Part shown: positions 1-11,119 of the stretch, piece by piece
Numbering within the stretch: position 1 is the first letter of the stretch
Layout: each line of letters begins with the position of its first letter
Assembly: GCA_965112635.1 (NCBI GenBank)
Contig: OZ218778.1
Span: 1,376,001-1,440,000, forward strand
Origin: an uncultured bacterium
GTDB lineage: Bacteria > Oederibacteriota > Oederibacteriia > Oederibacteriales > Oederibacteriaceae
Length of the DNA: 64,000 bases
Direction of reading: 5' to 3'
Position numbers and translations under genes: made by a program
Notes under the pieces: generated by a model
What the model was told of the DNA's origin: nothing
What the model saw: the letters and a program-made list of their open reading frames with translations, nothing else
Databases searched by the model: none

Positions 1-6
1 GACAAT

Positions 7-1032
7 ATGCACTATTTCTCGGCTTACCAGCATATCCCCCTGACTGATCCCATCGAAAAGGATGTCCAGTACATGCTGATGCCCGTCTATGGGGCCTATC
101 TCGACCTGCTCAGGTACTATTATCCGGGCGGGATCTTCACCAGAGTGAACGACCTTTGGGGAGAACCGTTGTTCTATATCTATACCGTCAAAAAAGGGGA
201 GGCCCTGGGGCAACAGGGACTTCAGGGGGTCTTTTCCCAGGCCGGGCGGACGGTCAAAAAGATCGTGCCCGCGGCCCTCACCTGGAAGCAGCTGGGCCTA
301 GCCTGGTCCGGGCCTTTCCGGGTAAAACTGACCGGATGCCTTGAGGCGCCGCGAACTTTGCTCTACAAAATGAGGTTGGAAAGCGCCTATCCCTATGCCA
401 TCAAGATAGACGGCAAGAAGACCGTGTGGAGCGGCAAGCAGGGCATCGGCGTGCAATCCCTGACCGCCGGACTGCATGAGATCGAGATCACGACCCAGGG
501 CGACGACCAGTCCGGATTGGTGCTTTCGATGGACTACGATGAAAAGCTCGCCCCTGTGCCGGCCCGCCTGGTCAATCCCAAGCCGCTCTTTGGCCACGGG
601 CTCCTGGGAACCTATTTTAACAACGGACATTTTAACGGAATGCCGGAGTTCGAGATGGTGGACCCCGTGGTGGATATGCAGTGGTGTTACCAGCGGACGT
701 CCTCCATCGGGGCCGTGGAGTGGAACGGGGAGATCTACGCGGACAAGGCAGGGTCCTATACCCTGGGCCTGGACGGAGTGGAAGCCGGGTCGATCATGGT
801 CGATGGGCTAAAGTTCTGTTCCAATGCGGGGGACGGGGACAAATGCGCGGGGACGCGGAATTTGAACCGGGGATGGCACCTGTTGCAAGTCCGCTACGAC
901 GCGGAGGACCCCTGCGCTTCGGTCCATCTATGGTGGATACGGCCAAGTTATCCCTACAAAGTGACCGTGGAGACCGCGTTTTTGAGGCCCAAACTGGGCG
1001 AGGCCGGTATTTCCGCCTCCCGTTTTCGTTGA
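7..1032 (+). CDS. PA14-domain protein, probably the C-terminal part of a gene starting before the window
   Basis: Two PA14-like units (GHGLLGTYFNNGHFNGMP...DPVVDMQW...WNGEI...GSYTL...L.RGWHLLQVRY); no signal peptide at the listed Met. Confidence 0.65.
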   Translation: MHYFSAYQHIPLTDPIEKDVQYMLMPVYGAYLDLLRYYYPGGIFTRVNDLWGEPLFYIYTVKKGEALGQQGLQGVFSQAGRTVKKIVPAALTWKQLGLAWSGPFRVKLTGCLEAPRTLLYKMRLESAYPYAIKIDGKKTVWSGKQGIGVQSLTAGLHEIEITTQGDDQSGLVLSMDYDEKLAPVPARLVNPKPLFGHGLLGTYFNNGHFNGMPEFEMVDPVVDMQWCYQRTSSIGAVEWNGEIYADKAGSYTLGLDGVEAGSIMVDGLKFCSNAGDGDKCAGTRNLNRGWHLLQVRYDAEDPCASVHLWWIRPSYPYKVTVETAFLRPKLGEAGISASRFR

Positions 1033-1073
1033 ACTTTTTCAGGGCAGAGCAAATGCCAGGAGGAGTTTCTACA

Positions 1074-2351
1074 ATGAAGTTTTTATCACCCCTTTTGCTA
1101 GGTGTGGTCCTGTTGAGCCAATCCCAGGTCTGGGCCGGGGAGGCCTTGACCCTTAACGACTGTTTTAAGGCCGCCCTAAAGAGAAGCGAAGTCCTGGCCA
1201 GCCAGCAGGAACTTGTCGTGCAGGCGGAAGAGCATTACAGCCAGGCCTGGGGCAGCATACTCCCCAGCTTTAACGGCTATTACTCCTACTTTAAGCAGGA
1301 TACTACCGGTCAGGACAGCACCTCGTCATCCCCGACGCAGACGACCCTGAAGATCACCGGGGATCAGCCCTTGTTCAGGGGTTTCAGGGAATACGCAGCC
1401 ATTGACCAGACCAAAAAACTGATCACGGCCCAAAAAGAGGCCAGGAACTGGGCTGGGATGCAGCTCTATATGGACACGACCAGGGGTTTTTATACGCTTT
1501 TAGCTGCCCAAAAAGACCTGCGGATCGTGGACGAAGAAATAGGCCTGTACCAAACAAGGATCCAGGATCTGCAGGACAGGGTGGACATAGGCCGTTCCAG
1601 GATCACCGAGGTGCTCACCGTAAAATCAGCCAAGGCTATCCTCAAGGCGCAAAGAGAACAAGTTTTAGGACAGATCAAGACGGCCAAAGAAGTATTTGCC
1701 TTTCTTACGGGCCTGGATAAAAACATCACTTTGGACGATACCGAGGATGTTCCTAGCCAAACCGACACACTGGACAGGTATTTAGCCAGGCTGGAATCAA
1801 GGCCGGATGTTATCGCAGCCAGGAGAAATGTAGAGGCGGCCAAATCCAATATTTCCGTGGCTAGCGGGGCGCATCTTCCCTCGGCCGACCTGCAGGGTGA
1901 CTATTATTTCCAGGGCTCGGGATTGACCCCAAACCCTTCCTGGGACGCACAGATTGTCGTGACCCTGCCTATTTTCCAGGGAGGCATTATTTCTTCCAAC
2001 GTCAAGATCGCGGAGTCCCAGGAAAGGCAATACGAGCAGGGTCTGAGCAGCGTCCTAAGGATAGCTGCAGAGGATATCGGCACTTATTATGGTGACCTGG
2101 AATCAGACCTGGCCCAAGTGGCAGCTCTGCAGGACGCCTATAATGCTGCGGAGAAAAACTATAAAGCCAACCTCGCCGATTACAACCTGGGATTGGTCAT
2201 CAACCTCGATGTGCTTCAGGCGCTGACCTCTTATAAGGATACGGAGCGGTCCCTGGAAAAAGCCCGATTTACCGCCAAGATCGACTTTAACCTCCTAGAG
2301 GCAGGGGCGGCCAAACGCCTGGATCTTATAGATGAGGGAACCAAGCCATGA
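1074..2351 (+). CDS. TolC-family outer membrane efflux protein
   Basis: AGGAGG RBS before ATG 1074, signal peptide, two OEP-like helical repeats (RPDVIAARRNVEAAK; TLPIFQGG); overlaps the RND start. Confidence 0.85.
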   Translation: MKFLSPLLLGVVLLSQSQVWAGEALTLNDCFKAALKRSEVLASQQELVVQAEEHYSQAWGSILPSFNGYYSYFKQDTTGQDSTSSSPTQTTLKITGDQPLFRGFREYAAIDQTKKLITAQKEARNWAGMQLYMDTTRGFYTLLAAQKDLRIVDEEIGLYQTRIQDLQDRVDIGRSRITEVLTVKSAKAILKAQREQVLGQIKTAKEVFAFLTGLDKNITLDDTEDVPSQTDTLDRYLARLESRPDVIAARRNVEAAKSNISVASGAHLPSADLQGDYYFQGSGLTPNPSWDAQIVVTLPIFQGGIISSNVKIAESQERQYEQGLSSVLRIAAEDIGTYYGDLESDLAQVAALQDAYNAAEKNYKANLADYNLGLVINLDVLQALTSYKDTERSLEKARFTAKIDFNLLEAGAAKRLDLIDEGTKP

Positions 2352-5300
2352 TCCTGTCCGACCTGTCCATCAAAAAACCTGTTTTTGCTTGGATGCTCAT
2401 GGCCGGGCTGATCGTGTTTGGGGGCATTGCCTTTATGCGCATGGGGATCAGCCAGCTCCCGGACGTGGATTACCCGGTGGTGTCGGTCAATATCCGCCTG
2501 GAAGGAGCGGCTCCGGAAGTCATTGAAACCTCGGTCGTGGATTTTGTCGAAGACGCGGTAATGAGCATCGCCAGCGTGCGCAGTGTCACCTCCGAGTCTG
2601 AGGACAGCGAGGGGACGGTCACCATTGAGTTCGAACTGGACCGCAATATCGACCTGGCTGTCCAGGATGTCCAGGCCAAAGTGGACTCCATCCTGCAGAA
2701 ACTGCCCCGGGAGATCACGGCGCCCACCATCCGCAAATCAAATCCCGAGGACCAGCCCATCATGCTCCTGACCCTGGAAAGCGACAAGTATCCCCTCAAG
2801 GACCTGATGACCTACGTGAACGACCGCATCAAAGACCAGTTTTCGACCGTGGCCGGGGTTGGAGACATCACCCTGGGAGGCTACCGTGACCCCAACATGC
2901 GCATCTGGGTGGACGACAAAAAACTCAACCATTACAGCCTGGCGGTGGACGACGTCATCAATACCATTCAGAACGAACACCTGGAATCCCCGGCCGGCCA
3001 GCTCGTCAACGGGAAGCTACAGCTCAATGTCAGGACCATGGGCGAGGTCGCCACTCCCCAGGAGTTCAGCGACCTGATCATCAACCAGCGGGGGGGACAG
3101 CCGAACTACCTGCGCCTGCGCCTGGGGCAAGTCTGCCGGGTCGAGGAAGGCATGGCCGACGCCCTTCGAGTCAGCCGGGCCATGGGGACGCCCTGCGTGT
3201 CGCTCAACATCCTGAAACAGCGCGGTTCCAATGCCGTGGCGGTAGCCAAGGCGGTCCGGGCCAAGGTCAGCCAGATCCAAAAAGGACTTCCCGAGGGCAT
3301 GAAGCTGGAGATCAATTTTGATAGTACCCGCTACATTGAGCAAGCTGTCCGGGAACTCAACTTTACCCTGATCCTGTCCGCCCTGCTCACGGCACTGGTC
3401 TGCTGGATGTTCCTGGGTTCCTGGTCGTCCACCCTGAACGTGCTGCTGGCTATCCCTACCTCGGTGGTAGGGAGTTTCATCGTACTCTATTTCGCGGGAT
3501 TCACGCTCAATACCTTTACCCTGCTGGGCTTGAGCTTATCCATCGGGATCGTGGTGGATGACGCCATCATGGTGCTGGAAAACATCATCCGGCACCAGGA
3601 ACGGGGCAAGAGCAGGATACTGGCCGCCCTAGTCGGGTCCAGGGAGATCACTTTCGCGGCCATGGCCGCGACCATTTCCATCGTGGCCATATTCCTGCCC
3701 GTGGCTTTCATGAGCGGGGTCATCGGCAAGTTCTTTTTCCAATTCGGGGTGACCATTACCGTGGCGGTCCTGCTTTCCCTATTGGAAGCTTTGACCTTGA
3801 CTCCCATGCGCTGTTCACAGTTCGTGGAGGCGGGGGAGAGAAAGACCCGTTTGGGCAGGCTGATGGAAATGATCATGGGGACGACTACCCGCGTTTATAC
3901 CCGGACCCTGGGCTCAGCCCTGAACCATCGCCGTACCGTCATTATTGGGGCGCTGATCATATTTGCCCTGAGTTTTTCGGCCCTGTGGCGGCTCAACAAG
4001 GAGTTTATACCGCCCGAGGACCAGAGCCGGTTCAATATCCGTCTCTATACCCCGGTGGGCTCGGCGCTTTCTTATTCAGACCTCAAATTCAGCGAAGTAG
4101 AAAAGTTCCTGGCTAGCCGGCCGGAGGTAGACCGCTATGTACTCCAGGTCGGCGGAGGCTCTCCCGGTGATTCCAATTCCGGGTCGGTGCTGGTCACCAT
4201 GAAGGACCGGGGAAAAAGGGGCGTCGATCCCAGCTCAGGGCACGAACTGAGCCAGCAGGAACTGATGGATGTGTGCAGAAAAAATATCAAAAAAATACCG
4301 GATGTGCGAGTGGTGATCCAGGACCTTTCCACTAAAGCTTTCACGGCTTCGAGAGGTTTTCCCGTGGAGTTCCTGATCCAAGGCCCGGATTGGGGCAAGT
4401 TGGCAGATTATTCACAGAAGATGATGGACGAGCTAGCCAAGACAGGCCTGGTCACCGACCTGGACACCAATTACTCCCTGGGCCAGCCTGAGCTGCATGT
4501 GGTGCCTGACCGGCAAAAGGCCGCGGCGCGCGGGGTGAGCATTGCCAGTATCGCGGAAACGGTCAATGCCATGATCGGCGGAGTGCAGATCGGCACCTAC
4601 CAGAAGGGAGGCCACCGTTATGATGTCCGGGTCAAACTGGAAGAGAGCCAGGAAAACCCCCTGGCCAAGATAAAGAGCCTCTTTGTCCGCAATAACCGCG
4701 GCGAACTGATCCGCTTATCCGAATTGGTGAGCATGGAAGAGAAAAAGGCCATGGTGTCTATCTGGCGCAGCAACCGGGAGAGGTCTATCTCGGTTTACGC
4801 CAATGTGAAGGCAGGAGAGTCCCAGCAAAAAGCCCTCCAGTCAGTTCAGGATATTGCCAAGTTCATCCTGCCGCCTGATTATCACATTACCCTGACCGGC
4901 AGTTCCCAGACCTTTTATGAATCTTTGCAAAGTCTGATTTGGGTGCTTATCCTCGGTATTTTCGTGGCTTATATGGTTCTGGCTTCCCAATTCAACAGCT
5001 TTATTGATCCCTTATCCGTACTCATGGCCCTGCCTTTCAGCGTCTCGGGCGCGCTGGTAGCCCTGTATGTTTTCCACCGGTCAGTCAATATCTACAGTGT
5101 CATCGGCCTGATCCTTCTTATGGGCATAGTCAAGAAAAACTCGATTTTGCTTGTGGATTTTACCAATCAAGTCAGGGCCAAAGGGGAGCCGTCAGTCCGC
5201 AAGGCGCTCCTCACCGCCTGCCCGATCCGGCTGAGGCCGATCCTGATGACCTCCGTAGCTACCGTGGCCGGTGCTGTCCCTTCGGCCTTGGCCCTGGGCC

Positions 5301-5494
5301 CGGGGGCAGAGAGCCGGATACCGATGGCTATTGCCGTCATCGGCGGAGTCATCTTTTCTACCCTGCTGACTTTATATGTGGTGCCCTGTTTCTACAGTGT
5401 GATGTCACGTTTTGAGAAGCGCAGGGAATATGAAAATTTTCTGGCAGAAGCGGTCAGGGAAGAAACAAAGCTCATGGAAGAGAGCCGGAAGTAG
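2348..5494 (+). CDS. RND efflux permease, AcrB/AcrD/AcrF family
   Basis: 1048 aa; GIVVDDAIMVLEN, GIVKKNSILLVDF and RLRPILMTS motifs. Confidence 0.95.
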   Translation: MILSDLSIKKPVFAWMLMAGLIVFGGIAFMRMGISQLPDVDYPVVSVNIRLEGAAPEVIETSVVDFVEDAVMSIASVRSVTSESEDSEGTVTIEFELDRNIDLAVQDVQAKVDSILQKLPREITAPTIRKSNPEDQPIMLLTLESDKYPLKDLMTYVNDRIKDQFSTVAGVGDITLGGYRDPNMRIWVDDKKLNHYSLAVDDVINTIQNEHLESPAGQLVNGKLQLNVRTMGEVATPQEFSDLIINQRGGQPNYLRLRLGQVCRVEEGMADALRVSRAMGTPCVSLNILKQRGSNAVAVAKAVRAKVSQIQKGLPEGMKLEINFDSTRYIEQAVRELNFTLILSALLTALVCWMFLGSWSSTLNVLLAIPTSVVGSFIVLYFAGFTLNTFTLLGLSLSIGIVVDDAIMVLENIIRHQERGKSRILAALVGSREITFAAMAATISIVAIFLPVAFMSGVIGKFFFQFGVTITVAVLLSLLEALTLTPMRCSQFVEAGERKTRLGRLMEMIMGTTTRVYTRTLGSALNHRRTVIIGALIIFALSFSALWRLNKEFIPPEDQSRFNIRLYTPVGSALSYSDLKFSEVEKFLASRPEVDRYVLQVGGGSPGDSNSGSVLVTMKDRGKRGVDPSSGHELSQQELMDVCRKNIKKIPDVRVVIQDLSTKAFTASRGFPVEFLIQGPDWGKLADYSQKMMDELAKTGLVTDLDTNYSLGQPELHVVPDRQKAAARGVSIASIAETVNAMIGGVQIGTYQKGGHRYDVRVKLEESQENPLAKIKSLFVRNNRGELIRLSELVSMEEKKAMVSIWRSNRERSISVYANVKAGESQQKALQSVQDIAKFILPPDYHITLTGSSQTFYESLQSLIWVLILGIFVAYMVLASQFNSFIDPLSVLMALPFSVSGALVALYVFHRSVNIYSVIGLILLMGIVKKNSILLVDFTNQVRAKGEPSVRKALLTACPIRLRPILMTSVATVAGAVPSALALGPGAESRIPMAIAVIGGVIFSTLLTLYVVPCFYSVMSRFEKRREYENFLAEAVREETKLMEESRK

Positions 5495-5553
5495 AAGTGG
5501 CGCGGCCAAGGCGGCTGTCTGTGGAAAACACTCATGGAGGAGGGGGTCCACCA

Positions 5554-6501
5554 ATGAAGATTAAAAACATTTTAGTCACCGGCGCCAGCGGCAAAATAGG
5601 CCGCAACCTTATTCTCAGCCTGGTCCAGGCCGGCTACCGGGTCAGGGCAGTGCAGTTCAGGACACCCCTGCATTTCAAAAAAGTTGAGGTGTTCAAAGGC
5701 AGGGTCGAGGATGAGGCGTTCATCAAAAAAGCCGCAAAAAATATGGACGCCATCTGCCATCTGGCCTCCTGCAAGGAAGACAGGGAGCATTTTATTGAGG
5801 TCAGTTTGCGGGGGACTTTCAATCTTTTAGAAGCCTGCCGGAACAATCCCATCCAGCAGTTCATTCTGGCCGGAGGAGACGCCAGCCTGGGTATTTATTA
5901 TTATCCCCATCCCAGACCCCTGGACGAGCAAGCACCTCTGGCCGCTTATCCCGGATATTATGCTTTTTCCAAAGCTATGGAAGAAACCATGTGCCGCCAG
6001 TATGAGATCCAATATCATGTAGCCGTTACCATCCTGCGTTTTTCGTGGATATTGGAAAAGGATGAATTCTTACGGCATCTTTCCGTCCAGGAACACTGCG
6101 GAGTTCCCCATTGGAGGTCTTTAGCCAAAACCCCAGCCCAAAAATCGTTCCTGGCCTCCGGCAAACCCGGGGTAGCCTGCCTGATGCACCCCAGCGGCAA
6201 GCCATATCTCAGGCATGTGGTGGACATCCATGACGTGGTGCAATCTTTTTTGCTGGCCCTGGGAAACCGAAAAGCGCTTGGACAGACCTTTAATATCGCC
6301 GCGCCAAAACCTTTTGCCTACGACCAGGCTGCCGAATATATTTCTAAAAAATTGGGTTGGCCAGTCGTGAAATTCACCCAAGGAACCTACCATGACTTTT
6401 GCATCAACATAAACAAGGCCAAAAGGGTCCTGGGTTATAATCCGCAATACGATTTTCGCAGGATGTTGGACGAAGCCATGGAATTCCGAACAAAAGGATG
6501 A
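5554..6501 (+). CDS. NAD-dependent epimerase/dehydratase (extended SDR)
   Basis: ILVTGASGKIG Rossmann motif, YAFSK catalytic motif; GGAGG-rich RBS region before ATG 5554. Confidence 0.85.
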   Translation: MKIKNILVTGASGKIGRNLILSLVQAGYRVRAVQFRTPLHFKKVEVFKGRVEDEAFIKKAAKNMDAICHLASCKEDREHFIEVSLRGTFNLLEACRNNPIQQFILAGGDASLGIYYYPHPRPLDEQAPLAAYPGYYAFSKAMEETMCRQYEIQYHVAVTILRFSWILEKDEFLRHLSVQEHCGVPHWRSLAKTPAQKSFLASGKPGVACLMHPSGKPYLRHVVDIHDVVQSFLLALGNRKALGQTFNIAAPKPFAYDQAAEYISKKLGWPVVKFTQGTYHDFCININKAKRVLGYNPQYDFRRMLDEAMEFRTKG

Positions 6502-6669
6502 AGGTTACCCTAGGCTTATGCAAAAGCGGATGGGGTAGGAGAAGAGCAGCAGAAAACCGGACGGGGGGCGACTATTATTATCCGTCCAAGATCCTTTTAG
6601 CGGACACCATCAAACAAACCGGGCAGGTCCCGCCTGTGCCTTAAAAAGTTACTAGGCGAAAGAGAAAAA

Positions 6670-9510
6670 ATGAGGAACGGGTCTGATATTTTAAAAGGTG
6701 AAAACAACATCCCCAGGGAAAGCGCGAAGGTTTGGACCGTTTTCATGCTTTATTCAATACTGGTCCTGGGCTATTTCAGCTATTCAATTTTTCACGGCCT
6801 GGTCCTGGCCCCGGGTGACGCGGTTGATTACTACTATCCGCCCAGGATATTTTTATCCGATACCATCAAGGACTCGGGAACCTTTCCTTCATGGAACCCC
6901 TATATATTCAGCGGATGCCCAACCCTGGGAGACCCTATCCTGACCCATTTTTATCCCTTTTCCATTATTTTTATCTTTCTTTCCTATCCCGTGGCCATGA
7001 ATACCGCGATCATTCTGCACTATGTTTTATGCGCGTTTTTTACTTTTCTTTATTGCCGGGCTATCCGGTGCACGGTCTTCGCTTCTTTTTTCGCAGGGCT
7101 GGCTTTCGGCCTGGGCGGATTTATGACAGCCCGAATTTACTATCCCAACCTTATCCAGGCCTGCACCTGGTTCCCCCTACTGTTATTTTTGCTGGAAAAA
7201 ATGATATCGGAAAAACGAGCGGTATATTTCGGCCTTGGCGCGGCCGTATTAGGATTGTTCCTCCTGTCTTCTTTTTTGCAGATATTTACCTACGGAACAC
7301 TGTTTTTGATCTTTTATTTTATTTTTTTCCGCCGACCCCGGGAGCTGTGGTCCCGAGAACAGAGAAGAGGGTCCCTTAGTTTATTAGGAGGTTTTTTAAT
7401 CGGCATCTTACTCTGCGCGGTGTGGCTGGTGCCCCTTTATGAATATCTTTTCAGCCAGGAGGTGAGAAAAAACATTGATTACGCTTATTTTACCTATTTT
7501 AGTTTTGCTCCCCAACAGCTTTTGACCCTCATCTTCCCGTATTTGTTCGGGGCTTACGGACCCAACCCCCTTTATAAAGAATTGTTCAGCGGTTCCCATA
7601 CCAGTTTCGTGGAAACGGCCTGTTACGCGGGCTGGCTGCCGCTCATCCTGGGAACGGTAGCCATGACCTATTGGAGGAAGAACAGACGAGCCGTGTTTTG
7701 GACCCTGGCCCTGCTGGGGGTTCTCCTTCTGGCTTTCGGAAAATACGATCCCCTGACCAAGGTTCTTTACCATATTCCCATTTATAACCGTTTCAGAGCC
7801 CCAGGAAGATGGCTTTTCATTTTCAGTTTTGCTTTGGCGGTACTTTCGGCCCTGGGGCTGACCCGTTTAAAGACCGATCCCGGCTGCAGTCGCCGTGTCC
7901 GGATCGCGGCTGGTTCGCTGGTCTTACTGACAACCGCAGCGGTAGTGGTCATGGAGGCGGGATGGGCCAAGGCGGGGAGATGGAGCCAGCCGGCTATTCT
8001 CATTCCTGTGGTCATGGCGGTTATCAGTGGAGGAGGACTATGGCTGTATCTTAAATCCGACCATTTTTTCTCCAAGATCGTTCTTATCCTGATCCTTTTT
8101 CTTGACCTCAACCTTTACGGACAGTTCCATGGCTGGCAGTCCATGAGTCCCGATAAATATTTCATCAACCAAGTCAGGCTGGAAGGAAGGACCCTGGTCC
8201 AACGGATCTGCAAACAAGACCCCCGGAGTCCCGGGGAGTTCCGGATGTTCAGCCCCAATTTTTTACAGGAAAATTACGGGTTCGTCAGCCGTATTGAAAG
8301 CGTCAATGGTTACGGGGCGCCCCTTTCGCGTTACTCTAAAATTAACCCAGACCTGGTCTACCATTTCTACAACCAATATTACTCCAGCCTTTTGCTGGAC
8401 TTTCCATGGATCTTGGACATGTTGAACTGCCGGTATATGGTCAGCCGGACGGAAGGGCAAAGGATACAAGAAGGGAATTTTCAGTTCGCTGAATGGGAGC
8501 TACCGTGGGTGCTGGGAGATGACAAGAAAGAATTCTTCGTGGACCTTGGTAAAAGCACGGCTGCCAACCATCTGGGAATCGTCTCCTCCATGCTGCAATC
8601 CACTTCACTTCAGGACGGAACCCCGGTGGCCGGGATCACATTGGTCACGGAAAAGGGAGAGGTTGTTTATAAAGAGCTTGTCGCTGGCCGGGATACCTCG
8701 GAATTCGCCTATCAAGAAAAGGCCCAGGAAGGATTTGTCAGGCACCGCCAGGCCCGTATCGTAAGCACCCAAGCGACTGCCGAGAGCAGGGGAAATTATT
8801 ATTTTACTGACTTGTCCTGGGGCGCCGGGAAAAAGATCAAAAGCCTTTCCGGCCGTCTCCTGGTCCCGGGAATCTATTTGAAGATCGAGGGTATGAGCCT
8901 TCTGGACAGCAGTACAGGCCGGTCCAGCCCGGTCCCTTGCGGACTGTTGACCCTGGACAAAAATCGGTGGAAACCCCTGGGCCGGTTTTACCAGGCTGAA
9001 GTTTATCAAAACAAGAAAGCCCTTGCCAGGGCCTGGCTGGTGAGCGAGGTCAGGTCTTTGCCGGAACCCGCCCTTTATCACACCCTGCGCACAGGGCGCC
9101 TTCCGGAGGGAGGATCTTTTGAGCCAGGGCGGACGGCCCTGGTCGAACAGGGAGGCAATCAGGTCTGGAAAAAAGACCCCCAGGCCGGAATAAAGATGCA
9201 GTCGTATCATCCTGATGACATAGAAATGGAGGCGTATTCCCGGGCTCCCAGTTTTTTGGTCCTCAGCGAAATATATTATCCAGGCTGGAAAGCTTTTCTG
9301 GACGGACAGGAGACCAAAATCATTCCCACAGATTATCTTCTGAGAGGGTTGCCGCTTCCAGCCGGCTCACACCGGGTGAAGTTCATCTACCGTCCTTTTT
9401 CCTTGATCCTAGGTATCGTAGTGTCAGCCCTGACCCTAATTTTATTGGGAATCCTGGCCGTCCTGATCCGTATAAAAGTTTTGAAACATGATCTTCCCAG
9501 GGTGCCGTAA
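6670..9510 (+). CDS. YfhO-family polytopic membrane protein (GT-C-like)
   Basis: N-terminal WNPYIFSG.P, many TM segments, C-terminal LVLSEIYYPGWKAFLDG...G.HRV.F.YRP. Confidence 0.8.
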   Translation: MRNGSDILKGENNIPRESAKVWTVFMLYSILVLGYFSYSIFHGLVLAPGDAVDYYYPPRIFLSDTIKDSGTFPSWNPYIFSGCPTLGDPILTHFYPFSIIFIFLSYPVAMNTAIILHYVLCAFFTFLYCRAIRCTVFASFFAGLAFGLGGFMTARIYYPNLIQACTWFPLLLFLLEKMISEKRAVYFGLGAAVLGLFLLSSFLQIFTYGTLFLIFYFIFFRRPRELWSREQRRGSLSLLGGFLIGILLCAVWLVPLYEYLFSQEVRKNIDYAYFTYFSFAPQQLLTLIFPYLFGAYGPNPLYKELFSGSHTSFVETACYAGWLPLILGTVAMTYWRKNRRAVFWTLALLGVLLLAFGKYDPLTKVLYHIPIYNRFRAPGRWLFIFSFALAVLSALGLTRLKTDPGCSRRVRIAAGSLVLLTTAAVVVMEAGWAKAGRWSQPAILIPVVMAVISGGGLWLYLKSDHFFSKIVLILILFLDLNLYGQFHGWQSMSPDKYFINQVRLEGRTLVQRICKQDPRSPGEFRMFSPNFLQENYGFVSRIESVNGYGAPLSRYSKINPDLVYHFYNQYYSSLLLDFPWILDMLNCRYMVSRTEGQRIQEGNFQFAEWELPWVLGDDKKEFFVDLGKSTAANHLGIVSSMLQSTSLQDGTPVAGITLVTEKGEVVYKELVAGRDTSEFAYQEKAQEGFVRHRQARIVSTQATAESRGNYYFTDLSWGAGKKIKSLSGRLLVPGIYLKIEGMSLLDSSTGRSSPVPCGLLTLDKNRWKPLGRFYQAEVYQNKKALARAWLVSEVRSLPEPALYHTLRTGRLPEGGSFEPGRTALVEQGGNQVWKKDPQAGIKMQSYHPDDIEMEAYSRAPSFLVLSEIYYPGWKAFLDGQETKIIPTDYLLRGLPLPAGSHRVKFIYRPFSLILGIVVSALTLILLGILAVLIRIKVLKHDLPRVP

Positions 9511-9640
9511 CTAGGAACTTTTTTTTGCTTTTTTTGTGCGCGCACGTTGGAAAATAGCAATTTGTATTATTAGACTTTGACTAAGGAAGATAGATAGGCT
9601 AAAGTTTTACTGTTTATTTATTAAAGAAAATGGAGCGGAC

Positions 9641-11116
9641 ATGACAGATATCGCGGACTTGATGGGACAGCGCCGGCAAAAGGCGCAGGAACTCAAGGAC
9701 AAAGGCGTTAATCCTTACCCTTACCGTTTTGAGCCAACCCACCATGCCAAGGACATACTGGACAAGTACTCTTCCCTGGAAACAGGCGCCAAAAGCGGGG
9801 TCAAGGCCAAGGTCGCCGGAAGGGTCATGACCGTCCGGGACCACGGCAAGTCCGGTTTCGCCCATATCCAGGACGCGACCGGCAAGATACAGGTCTATTT
9901 CAAGCAGAGCGACATGCCGGCCGAGGAATATTTCGTTTACCAAAAGCTGGACCTGGGAGATTTCGCGGGGGTGGAAGGGGAGATCTTTAAAACCCGGACC
10001 GGCGAAGTCACCCTCCACGCCACCCACCTGACCCTTTTGTGCAAGGCCCTAAGACCCCAGCCGGAAAAATGGCACGGTCTGCATGACGTGGAGCTGCGCT
10101 ACCGCCAGAGGTATTTGGACCTGGTGGTCAACGAGCCGGCCAGGGACACCTTTGTCCTGCGGAGCAAGGCCGTCAAAATGATACGGGAGTTCCTGGACAG
10201 CAGAGGTTATCTCGAGGTGGAGACACCCATGATGCAGTCCATCCCAGGAGGCGCCGCGGCGCGGCCTTTCATCACACACCATAACGCCTTGGGGATAGAC
10301 CTGTACCTGCGGGTGGCCCCGGAACTTTATTTGAAAAGGCTGCTGGTGGGCGGGCTGGAAAGGGTTTATGAGATCAACCGCAATTTCAGGAACGAAGGTA
10401 TTTCCATCAAGCATAATCCCGAGTTCACCATGCTGGAACTTTACCAGGCCTACGCCGATTATCAGGACATGATGGCTATCACTGAGGAGATGGTCTGCAC
10501 CCTGATGCTAAGCCTAAGAGGTTCACTTAAGGTCACCTACCAGGGGCAGGCGGTCGATTTTACCCGTCCCTGGAAAAGGGTTTCCGTGACCGACGCGGTC
10601 AAGGAATGCACTGGATTGGACGTGGAAAAAGTCCCGGAAAAGGAGCTCGCCAAAATGATCAAAGGCTACGGCCTGGAGATCAAGGGCTCCCCGAGCCGGA
10701 ACGAGATGATCTTCATGATATTCGAGGAAAAAGTGGAGTCCACGCTGATCCAGCCGACTTTTGTGGTGGACTACCCGATCGAGGTGTCACCTCTAGCCAA
10801 AAGCAGCCGTAATAAACCCGGATTTACCGAGCGTTTTGAGCCAATCGTGTGCGGCAGGGAACTGGGTAACGGGTTTTCCGAGCTCAATGACCCCGACGAC
10901 CAGCGCCGGAGATTTGAAATGCAGCTCAAGGCCAGGGAATCCGGCGACGAGGAGGCTCAGCGCATGGACGAGGAGTTTCTCAAGGCCCTGGAATACGGCA
11001 TGCCGCCAGCCGGGGGCCTTGGTATAGGCATCGACCGGCTCATCATGTTATTGACCGACCAGCCTTCCATCCGGGAAGTGATCTTTTTCCCCCAGCTCAA
11101 GCCCCAGGCAGATTAA
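9641..11116 (+). CDS. lysS: Lysine--tRNA ligase (class II)
   Basis: [41 protein letters not shown]. Confidence 0.98.
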   Translation: MTDIADLMGQRRQKAQELKDKGVNPYPYRFEPTHHAKDILDKYSSLETGAKSGVKAKVAGRVMTVRDHGKSGFAHIQDATGKIQVYFKQSDMPAEEYFVYQKLDLGDFAGVEGEIFKTRTGEVTLHATHLTLLCKALRPQPEKWHGLHDVELRYRQRYLDLVVNEPARDTFVLRSKAVKMIREFLDSRGYLEVETPMMQSIPGGAAARPFITHHNALGIDLYLRVAPELYLKRLLVGGLERVYEINRNFRNEGISIKHNPEFTMLELYQAYADYQDMMAITEEMVCTLMLSLRGSLKVTYQGQAVDFTRPWKRVSVTDAVKECTGLDVEKVPEKELAKMIKGYGLEIKGSPSRNEMIFMIFEEKVESTLIQPTFVVDYPIEVSPLAKSSRNKPGFTERFEPIVCGRELGNGFSELNDPDDQRRRFEMQLKARESGDEEAQRMDEEFLKALEYGMPPAGGLGIGIDRLIMLLTDQPSIREVIFFPQLKPQAD

Positions 11117-11119
11117 ACC

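Noticed and set aside
681-1073. N-terminal extension of the TolC ORF
   Set aside because: Overlaps the PA14 gene in another frame; RBS and signal peptide point to ATG 1074.
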